Shown piece after piece: positions 9,438 to 17,922 of a DNA stretch of 64,000 nt. Below the pieces are notes generated by a model, which saw nothing but the letters and a program-made list of their open reading frames with translations, was not told the origin of the DNA and searched no databases. The first letter of the stretch is position 1, and each line of letters starts with the position of its first letter. The stretch is from Trueperaceae bacterium (GTDB taxonomy: Bacteria; Deinococcota; Deinococci; Deinococcales; Trueperaceae): assembly GCA_034521815.1 (NCBI GenBank), contig JAXHLW010000013.1, positions 864,001-928,000 of the forward strand, given 5' to 3'. A program made the position numbers and the translations under genes.

Positions 9438-9776
9438 CTACGGACGATCGTCCGCCGCTTCGTCGCGGTCGTAGGTGGTGATGAAGTACGGCAGATCGGT
9501 CTGGTGGTACCGACCACGATCGTCGTACCAGAAGACGTACGTGCCCGTGGACTGTCCGCCGCGGTCCACCTCCGACGTCGCGCGGGTGATCTTCCCGTCG
9601 ACGATGCCTTCGAACACGACCTCGCCACCGTAGGCGAACACGGTGATGTACATCCGCGTATTCGTGAAGTCCTGGATCGAGCGGCGAATCTGGTTCTGGG
9701 TCTCGTTCCGGCAGCCCGCCAGGCTCACGGCGAGAACCAGCACGAGCGTCGCGTAGACCGCGAAGCGGCGCGTCAA
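9438..9776 (-). CDS. Small hypothetical lipoprotein (112 aa)
   Basis: Lipobox LAGC after a hydrophobic stretch; GGAGGTGA RBS; TTG start. Confidence 0.7.
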   Translation of the reverse strand: MTRRFAVYATLVLVLAVSLAGCRNETQNQIRRSIQDFTNTRMYITVFAYGGEVVFEGIVDGKITRATSEVDRGGQSTGTYVFWYDDRGRYHQTDLPYFITTYDRDEAADDRP

Positions 9777-9852
9777 GGGCGGTCACCTCCGCCACCAACG
9801 GTAGCACGCGGTGGACGGCGGCGAGAACGCAGCGCGGGTATCATGCCGGGAC

Positions 9853-10809
9853 GTGACCCACGGCAGCGACGACCCCTACCAGGTACTCGGCGTCCCGCGC
9901 GACGCGAGCGCGGAGGACGTCAAGGTCGCCTACAGGCGCCTGGCGCTCGCGAACCACCCCGATCGGAACCCCGGCGACGCCGGTGCCGAGGAACGGTTCA
10001 AGCGGATCAGCGAGGCGTACGCCACCCTTCGCGATCCCGAAAAGCGAGCCTGGGTCGACCGGGGCGGCGCGGCGGCGGGCGGGCCGAGGCCCGACTTCAG
10101 TCGCGTGGATTGGCAGACGGTGTTCGAGGAGGCCGACGTCCGCGTCGACTTCGGCCAGGGCGTGCCCCGTACCGGCAACGCGGTGTTCGACGCGCTGTTC
10201 GGCGTCATGACCGGGATGCTTCGGCAACAGGGCGTGTTGCCGGGCGAAGACCGCGAGGCGGAGCTCGAGATCGACCTCGCGACGGCCAGGGCGGGCGGCA
10301 CCGCGCGGGTGCGCGTCCCGGGGCCCAGCGTCTGCGCCGTCTGCCGCGGCGCCCGGCTCGCGGACGACGGGCGTCCATGCCCGGCGTGCCAGGGGCGCGG
10401 CGTCCTGCGCCGAGGGGACGTGGTCGAGGTCGAGGTCCCCTCCGGCGTGCGCGACGGCGTCAAGCTCCGCCTGCGCGGCCTCGGCGGTCCGGGCCGGCCG
10501 CCTGGCGACGCGCTGGTCGCGGTCCACGTGCGGCTGCCGCCAGGGGTCGAGCGCGTCGGCGACGAGCTGCACACCGAGCTGTCGATCACGCCGCAGGAGG
10601 CTCGTCGCGGGACGACCACCATGCTGCTCGGCAGCGACGTTCGCGTGCCGCCGGGAACGCCGGACGGCGGCGTCGTCCGGGTTCGCGGGGCCGGGCTCGC
10701 CGGCGCGGACATGCGCGTCACGGTGCGACACCGCGTGTGGCGCGGACTGGCACGCTGGGCACGTGACAAGATGTCGGGGATCGTGCGCGACGAGGGAGGA
10801 CATGCGTGA
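9853..10809 (+). CDS. DnaJ/CbpA-family chaperone
   Basis: J domain ([22 protein letters not shown]), two CxxCxG motifs and a DnaJ C-terminal domain. Confidence 0.88.
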   Translation: MTHGSDDPYQVLGVPRDASAEDVKVAYRRLALANHPDRNPGDAGAEERFKRISEAYATLRDPEKRAWVDRGGAAAGGPRPDFSRVDWQTVFEEADVRVDFGQGVPRTGNAVFDALFGVMTGMLRQQGVLPGEDREAELEIDLATARAGGTARVRVPGPSVCAVCRGARLADDGRPCPACQGRGVLRRGDVVEVEVPSGVRDGVKLRLRGLGGPGRPPGDALVAVHVRLPPGVERVGDELHTELSITPQEARRGTTTMLLGSDVRVPPGTPDGGVVRVRGAGLAGADMRVTVRHRVWRGLARWARDKMSGIVRDEGGHA

Positions 10810-11213
10810 ACGACGACGACGCCAACATCGACAAGGACAAGCCGCTCTACGTGATCAGCGTCGCCGCGGAGCTCGTCGATATGCACCCCCAGACGCTTCG
10901 GCTCTACGAACGCAAGGGCCTGATCGAGCCCAGCCGGAGCGCGGGGAAGACCCGGCTGTACTCGCAGCGCAACATCGAGCAGCTGCGCGAGATCCGGCGC
11001 TTGACGCAGGAGCTCGGCGTGAACCTCGCCGGGGTGGAGGAGATCATCAAGCTGCGCTCGCGCCTCGACACGCTCCAATCGAACATGGAGAGCCGCATCG
11101 GCCTGCTGCAGGGCCAGCTCGAGGAACGGATCGGCGGCATCCGAGGCGCGCTGCCGGCCGAGATCGAGGACCTCGCGCGGCGCATGGCCAAGCCCGACGA
11201 CGACGAGCAGTGA
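10806..11213 (+). CDS. hspR: HspR, MerR-family heat-shock regulator
   Basis: [48 protein letters not shown]; coupled to the dnaJ-like gene. Confidence 0.9.
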   Translation: MNDDDANIDKDKPLYVISVAAELVDMHPQTLRLYERKGLIEPSRSAGKTRLYSQRNIEQLREIRRLTQELGVNLAGVEEIIKLRSRLDTLQSNMESRIGLLQGQLEERIGGIRGALPAEIEDLARRMAKPDDDEQ

Positions 11214-11216
11214 CGC

Positions 11217-11268
11217 TCTGAACGTACGGTCTGAACGTACGGTCTGAACGTGCGGTCTGGACGTGCAG
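11217..11268. repeat. 13-bp tandem repeat x4 (TCTGAACGTACGG)
   Basis: Units at 11217, 11230, 11243 and 11256, diverging progressively. Confidence 0.9.
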
Positions 11269-11291
11269 GAGGCCGTGGTAGGCTCCCCGCC

Positions 11292-12665
11292 ATGACCGAT
11301 CCAGACCGCCTTCCGGGCCTCCTCGCAGAGCGCCGCGACCGTCATCAGGACGAGCTGTTCGAGCTGCTCCGCATCCCCTCCATCTCGACCGATCCGGCCC
11401 ACGAGGCCGACATCCGGCGCGCCGCGGACTGGCTGCGCGACGATCTGGGCGCTCACGGCTTCGACGCCGAGCTGCTCGAGACCGGGGGCCACCCCGCGGT
11501 GTTCGCCCAGCGGCACGTCGCGGACGACCTGCCCACGGTGCTGGTGTACGGCCACTACGACGTGCAGCCCGCCGATCCGGTCGAGCTTTGGGACTCGGGT
11601 CCGTTCGAGCCGACGATCCGCGACGGCGCGATCGTCGCTCGAGGGTCGAGCGACGACAAGGGACAGGTCTTCGCGCACGTGAAGGGGGCCCAGGCGCTTC
11701 TGGAGGCGGACGGCGAGCTCCCCGTGAACCTGAAGTTCCTGATCGAGGGCGAGGAGGAGATCGGCAGCCGCAACCTCGCCGCCACGATCCAGGCGAACAG
11801 CGAGAAGCTGGCCGCCGACACCGTCGTCGTCAGCGACGGCGCGATGCTGCCCGGCAAGGTGCCGACCCTGACGTACGGCCTGAAGGGGCTGGCGTACGTC
11901 GAGCTGCGCGTACGGACGGCCGACCGCGACCTGCACTCGGGCGCGTACGGCGGCGGGGTGCCCAACGCCGCGATGGCGCTCGCGCAGATCGTGGCGCGCC
12001 TCAAGGATACGGACGGCCGGATCACGGTGCCCGGCTTCTACGACGCGGTGGTCGAGATCACGGAGGAGGAGCGCGAGCAGCTGGACCGCGTTCCGTTCGA
12101 CGAGACGGCGTTCGCCGAGGGGATCGGCGTCTCCGCCACCCCGGGCGAAGCGGGCCGCACGCTGGTCGAGCGGCTCTGGACGCGTCCGACCCTGGACGTC
12201 AACGGCATCGGCGGCGGCTTCCAGGGCGAGGGCTCGAAGACGGTGATTCCGGCCGAGGCGTTCGCCAAGATCTCGTGCCGGCTGGTCCCGAACCAGGATC
12301 CGGCCGTGATCACCGAGGCGCTGGTCGAGCATCTGACCTCGCTGGCGCCCGAGGGGGCGCAGGTCGAGGTGATCCGGCACACCAGCGGCAGCTGGGCGCT
12401 CAGCCCGATCGACGGCCGGTCGGTGCAGGCGGCTGCGGAGGCGGTCCGCGCGGTGGACGGGCGCGATCCCGTCTACGTCCGGACCGGCGGCACGATTCCG
12501 GTGGTGGCCGACTTCCAGCGACTGCTCGGGGCCGAGGTCGTGCTGGTCGACATGGGGCTCGAGGACGACCGCATCCACTCGCCGAACGAGAAGTTCGACG
12601 TCGACCTGTACCACCGGGGCATCCACCTGAGCGCCGAGCTGCTGCGCTCGCTGGGCCGGGCCTGA
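11292..12665 (+). CDS. M20-family dipeptidase
   Basis: YGHYDVQP, ARGSSDDKGQ, IEGEEEIGS, DLHSG, GGTIP, IHSPNEKF. Confidence 0.93.
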   Translation: MTDPDRLPGLLAERRDRHQDELFELLRIPSISTDPAHEADIRRAADWLRDDLGAHGFDAELLETGGHPAVFAQRHVADDLPTVLVYGHYDVQPADPVELWDSGPFEPTIRDGAIVARGSSDDKGQVFAHVKGAQALLEADGELPVNLKFLIEGEEEIGSRNLAATIQANSEKLAADTVVVSDGAMLPGKVPTLTYGLKGLAYVELRVRTADRDLHSGAYGGGVPNAAMALAQIVARLKDTDGRITVPGFYDAVVEITEEEREQLDRVPFDETAFAEGIGVSATPGEAGRTLVERLWTRPTLDVNGIGGGFQGEGSKTVIPAEAFAKISCRLVPNQDPAVITEALVEHLTSLAPEGAQVEVIRHTSGSWALSPIDGRSVQAAAEAVRAVDGRDPVYVRTGGTIPVVADFQRLLGAEVVLVDMGLEDDRIHSPNEKFDVDLYHRGIHLSAELLRSLGRA

Positions 12666-12681
12666 GCGCCGGGCGGCCCGC

Positions 12682-15600
12682 GTGCGCATCGACCGCCTGA
12701 CGCTGGCCGGCTTCAAGAGCTTCGGCGATCGCACCACCGTCGAGTTCGCGCCGGGCGTGACGGCGGTCGTCGGTCCGAACGGCAGCGGCAAGTCGAACAT
12801 CCTGGACGCGCTTCGCTGGGCCACGGGCGGTGGCCGCGCCAGCGAGTTCCGCGCCGACGAGAAGACCGCGCTGATCTTCCACGGCGCGGCAGGGAAGAGG
12901 CGGCTGGGCCGGGCCGAGGTGGAGGTCGAGCTCCACGCCGGCGGCAAGCGCCTGGTGATCCGCCGGAGCCTGGACCGCGACGGCGTCACGAAGCTGACGC
13001 TGAACGGGAAGAACGCCCGCTTCCTGGACCTCGACGAGGAGCTGGCGGGAAGCGGCCTGGGCCGCGGCAGCTTGGCGGTGATCGGTCAGGGCGAAGTGAG
13101 CGGCGTCCTGATGGCCGATCCGAGCCGGCTGCTGGCCTACGTGGCCGAGGCGGCCGGCGTCGCCCGACTGTCGGGCCGCCGCGAGCAGACCGAGGGGCGA
13201 CTCGATGCGGCGCGAACGCACCTCGACCGTCTCGAGGAGAAGCTGGCCGAGGACGGCGAACGACTCGAGTCGCTCCGGCGCGACGCGAACGACGCCCGTC
13301 GCCACGACGAGCTGTCCGCCCGGGCGCGGCGACTGCGGCTGACGCTGGCCGCCGCTCGCGTGGCGTCGCTTCGCAAGGAGGTCGAGGGGCTCGAGACCGA
13401 GACCGCCCGGCTGGAGGCCGAGCTGGCGGACGGTCGGGCGCAGCTGGCCGACCTACGCGAGGCCCTGCAGCGGTCCCGGGCCGCCGACTCGGCGGCGGAA
13501 GCCGAGCATCGCGAGGCCACCGCCGCGCACGCCAGGGCCACGGCCGAGCTGCGCGTCGCCGAGCATGCGCTGGAGGCCGCCACGACCCGCGCCGCGGACC
13601 TCGAGCGTCAGCGCGAGCGCACCGCTGCCGAGCGCGACGCGTTGCTCCGGCAGGGCGCGCCCGACGCGCCGTCCGACGATCTGGACGCGTTGCGCGCCGA
13701 GGCCGAGCGAGCGGACGCCGCCTACCGGGCGGCACGCGACGAGCGCGAGCGCGCCGAGGCCCGGGCCGAGGCGGCCCGAGCCGAACGCGAGCAGCTCGAG
13801 GCGAGCGCGGCCAGGGCCGCCAAAGCCGCCGCCGAGGCGGACGCCGAGCGCGACGCGATCCGCCGCCAGCGCGAGGAGGTCGACGCCCGCCTGGCCGAGC
13901 TCGCCGCGACCCCGGTCGACGTCGCGAGGGGCCACGAGGCGGACGAATCCGAAGCCGACGCACAGGGGTCGGGGCTCCGGAACGCTCGATACCGAGGCGC
14001 ACGCCCGAAGCGGCGGAGCGCGCGGCGGAGGAGACCCTGCGCGACGCTCAGGCGGCCCTCGACGCGGCGCGCGCCCGCCTGGAGAGCGCCCAGGCCGCGC
14101 ACGCGCGCGAGGCTGCCGAGGCCCGGGCGCTGGACCGGGCGGTCGAGCGCCAGCGCGCCGCCTTCGCCGCGCGCAGGGGGTACGCAGAGGGTCCCCGCCA
14201 CGCCCTGACCAGCGGCATCGCGGGCGTCCTGGGCTCGCTGGCCGACGTGATCCGTGTTCCACCCGACCTGCAGGAGGCGATTCAGCTGGCGCTGGGGCGG
14301 CGCGCGGAGTACGTGCTGGCCGAGGACGCAGGCGTAGCCCGGCGCGTCCTGGCGCACGTCCGTGCCGCTGGAGGCTGGGTCACCCTGCTTCCGCTGGACC
14401 TCGTCCACGGCACCCGAACGCGCCTGGATCCCGAGCTGGCCTCGCAGCCCGGCGTCGTCGGGGTGGCGTCGGAGCTGGTGGAGACGGAGGACCGTTTCGC
14501 CGCGGCGGTAGGTCAGCTGCTCGGCGGCACGGTGCTCGTCGAGACGACCGAGCAGGCGACGGCGATCGCGCGTCGCTTCTCGAGGCGCCCCCGCCTCGTG
14601 ACGCTCGAGGGCGACGTGGTCGAGCCGGGCGGAGCGCTGTCGGGCGGCCGCCGTCAGGGACGAAGCGTGCTGGTGGGCGCGGCGGCCGACCTCGAGGAGG
14701 CGGAAGCGCAGGCAGCGGAGGCGAACGCCGCCGAGCGGGCGGCCGGCGAAGAGGTCGGCGCCGCCCAGGCCTCGTTCCGGACCGCCCGCGACCGCGTCGA
14801 GGAGGCGACCACGGAGGTCCAGCACGCCCGGGCGGCCGCGGCACGCTGGCGGGAAGCGCGGGCCGCCGAACGGCACCTGCGCAGCGACCTCGAGGCGCGG
14901 CGCGAGCGCTTGGCCGAGGCCGAGCGTCGGCTTCCCGAGCCACCGGACACGATCGCGCCGGAGCGCTTGGACGAGGTGCGCGACGCCGACGCGCACGCGC
15001 GAACGACGCTGCAGGCCGCGCGCGCGGCGGAGGCGCCGGCCTCCGAGGCGGCGTCGGCTGCCGGGCGGACGCTGGCCCTGGCCGAGGAGCGCCGCCGCGC
15101 GCACGCCGCGGCGCAGGCCCGCTACGACGAGGACGTCGCTCGCAGCGAGGCGCTCGGGCGCGAGCTGGAGCGCCTGGCGGAGGCGCTCGAGTCCGGCTGG
15201 GCCGCGGCGCGCGACGCCGAGCGACGGGCCGTGCAGGCGCGCGCATCGCTGCCCGAGGACGCCCCTGCGACCGAGGAGGCGCGCGAAGACGCCCGCGCAC
15301 GGCTGCGCGAGGCGGAGGAGGCGCTGGAGTCGGCCGCCGAAGCCCAGAGCCGACGGGCCGAGGCCCTGGAGCACGCCCGCGTGCAGGCGGCCCGGCGCGA
15401 GGCGGCGCTCGAGGCTGCCGAGGCCGAGCACGACAGCTTTCCAGCCGGCCTCGAGCCGCTGGACCTGAATGATCGGGCGGCGCGCGCCGAGCTACGCGAA
15501 GCCGAGGCCGAGCTGGAGCGTCTGGGCGCGGTGAACCATCGCGCCGCCCAGGAGCTCGAAGGCCTCGAGGACGACCACCTCGAGCGCGAGCGCGAGGCGC

Positions 15601-16166
15601 GCGACGCCCGCGACGCCGTCGAGCGTCTCGGCTCGACGCTCATCCGGCTGGACCGCGAGACGACGTCGCGCCTGACGGCCGCGATCGCCGGCGTGCGGAC
15701 CCGCTTCGTCACGCACTTGGGCGAGCTGTTCGGACCGGACGGGGACGGCGACGTCGAGGCCGATCTGGAGGAGGGACGGCCCGTCGGGCTGCGCATCCGC
15801 CTGCAGCCGCCGGGCAAGCAGACGCAGGCGCTGGGGCTGCTGTCCGTCGGCGAGCGGACGATGGGCGCGCTGGCGTTCCTGTTCGCGCTGATGGGCGAGG
15901 AGCAGGGGGGACGCGGCATGCCGGTCGCGGTGCTCGACGAGGTGGACGCGCCGCTGGACGAGGCCAACATCCGTCGCTACCGGACGTTCCTGGAGCGCAT
16001 GGCGTCGAACGGCACGCAGTTCGTGCTGATCACCCACCAGAAGGCCACCTTCGAAGTCGCCGACGTGCTGTGGGGCGTGACGACCGAGCAGGGCGTCAGT
16101 CGCGTGTTCTCGATCCGCAAGGAGTCCGACGAGCCGCGGGCGGTCGCGAGCACGGCGCCGTCGTAG
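12682..16166 (+). CDS. smc: Chromosome segregation protein SMC; two single-base insertions at ~13978 and ~14006
   Basis: GFKSF, Walker A GPNGSGKSN, Q-loop IGQGEV, coiled coils, hinge (RLVTLEGDVVEPGGALSGG), LSVGE, Walker B LDEVDAPLD and ITH. Confidence 0.93.
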
Positions 16167-16168
16167 CG

Positions 16169-16290
16169 GTCCGACCGCGACAGCGCACGCATCGACAGCG
16201 CACGCATCGTCCACGTCGCGCGCCTCGCCGTCCGACTCGCGACTGCGCGCGCATCAACGGCGCGCGCATCGTCCACGACCGCGCGCTTCA
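16169..16290. repeat. Two ~61-bp imperfect tandem units, each containing an internal 15-bp duplication (GACAGCGCACGCATC)
   Basis: Units start at 16169 and 16230 and fill the smc/recombinase convergent gap. Confidence 0.8.
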
Positions 16291-17773
16291 GCGCTCACCC
16301 AGTCCGTCGTCCCGGTCCAGCCGTTCGGCTTCAACGCTCGCCGTCGTCGCCGTCCGCGCTTCAGCCGTACCACCCGCCAAATCGTCGGCGATGGCGCGCC
16401 GCTCGGCACGGCTGCGCTTGCTGTAGCGGCGCGTCGTCTGGAGGTTCGCGTGCCGCAGCAGGTCGGCGGCGGCGTCGATGCCGTGCCGCCGCGCGACCTC
16501 GGTCCCGGCGGTGTGGCGCAGGCCGTGCACCTCGCGCCCCTCGTACCGGACGCCGGCCCGCTCGCACAGCGCTCGCAGCCGCAGCCGCGCCCGCCCGAGT
16601 CCGAAGCCCAGCACGCGGGCGGCCGGGTCGGGCCGGGTCCGGGCGGATCGCGGCCAGCGCTGCCAGGAGCGCGCCCTGCGGCCGGGACGTCCCGCACCCG
16701 GCCGCCCCTTGCCGACGACGCGCGCGCAACACGCCTTCGCGAGCGTCCACCTGACCCCAGACGAGGCCGGTCGCTTCGGCGTTGCGGAGGCCCGCGGTCG
16801 CGCACAGGTGCACGAACGCGGCGTCCTTGGGCCCGGCCGCGATCAGCAGGCGGGCGATCTCGTCGGCGCGGTACGCCTCGCGCTTGTCCTCGGGCGCGAC
16901 GCCGTCCACCGGCGCCGTCAGGTCGCGGAACGGATCGGCGTCGGTCGCGCCGACGTGGCGCAGCGCACGGTAGAGCGCCTTGCCGGCGGCCAGCTTGACC
17001 GCCACCGTCGCCGCGGCGCGCGGACCGGTCTCGGTGCGTCCCCGCAGCCGTCGCTCGATCGGCTCCGTCTCGAGCCGGATCAGCCAGATCGCGCCGGCGT
17101 CGGGCGACGGCCGCAGCAGGTTCTCGTCCTGCCACGCCTCGACCAGGTCGCGGACGCCGCGACGGTAGGCGTCGCGCGTCCGCTCGCTCATGCCGGCGCG
17201 TTTGCGACCGCGCGTGGCCAGCACGTAGTGCGTGAGGTCCCAGAGCGCGTCCGGGTCGCGCTCGTTCGCGGCGCGCACGGCCCGGACGCGCCGCAGCTCG
17301 GGCGACAGCCGCGCCCAGCGCACGGCGGCGTCCACCGCGTCCTCGGACGCCACCTCCAGCTCGGTGGCGGCGCTGAGGCGGACCTCGCCGCTGGCCGCGA
17401 GCTGGACGAGGTCGTCGACGCCGCTGCGGAACAGGGCGTGCACGCGGACGCGGCTGACCCCGAGCTCGCGTCCGAGCTGGGCCAGCGACGCCGGCTCGGA
17501 CGAGGCGCCCAGCGCGCGCCTGAGCACCTCGGCGCGGCGCGGCTCGAGCCGGGGGGCGAAGGCGCGCAACAAGGTGAACGCGGCGGCCAGCGCAGCCCGG
17601 TCGCCGAGCACCTCGCGCACGCTGCGCGCACTGCGGTCGGCGCGCAGCAGACGGAGCGACAGGTCCGCCGCCGAGGTCGCGTCGGTGCTCGCGCCGGCCT
17701 CGTGAGGGTCGGACGACGCTCGGGGCGTCGCGCCAGGCGATTCGTGCGGCGTTTCGTTGGACGTCGAAGCCAT
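16288..17773 (-). CDS. Tyrosine recombinase (Xer/integrase-like) with an N-terminal sigma70-region-4-like HTH; cluster of indels at ~16625-16725
   Basis: Catalytic set AGLRNAE (R), VVGKG (K, after correcting the frame), HGLRH, LLRHAN, TTRRY. Core-binding region SERTRDAYRRGV. N-terminal ASLAQLGRELGVSRVRVHAL. Confidence 0.85.
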
Positions 17774-17778
17774 GCCGT

Positions 17779-17823
17779 ATGTTAACCCCATACCGACAAG
17801 AGACATTATCGGATTGTTAACAT
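17779..17823. other. Putative recombinase binding/recombination (dif-like) site
   Basis: CATACCGACAA-GAGACA-TTATCGGATTG (11-6-11; arms 8/11 inverted-identical), flanked by perfectly inverted ATGTTAAC/GTTAACAT. AT-rich island immediately upstream of the recombinase ATG. Confidence 0.65.
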
Positions 17824-17922
17824 GCAGATGGCGAAGCGAATCCGGCGATTCGATCGTGCGCACCGCGGTCCCGGCGTCGGCCTTCGGACCGCTGCACGGT
17901 CGGACCGACCGTATGATGAACC

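Noticed and set aside
9777-9852. HAIR operator (CTTGAGT-N7-ACTCAAG) upstream of dnaJ-hspR
   Set aside because: No match seen.
9930-12989. Long alternative ORFs (e.g. 9930..12989-, 23959..25029-, 57436..59337-, 39053..41014+)
   Set aside because: Antisense or off-frame shadows of well-supported genes, typical of high-GC DNA, with no recognisable motifs.
16169-16290. CRISPR array (also considered for the other mini-arrays)
   Set aside because: Units are contiguous without unique spacers, most are too short, and there are no cas genes in the window.
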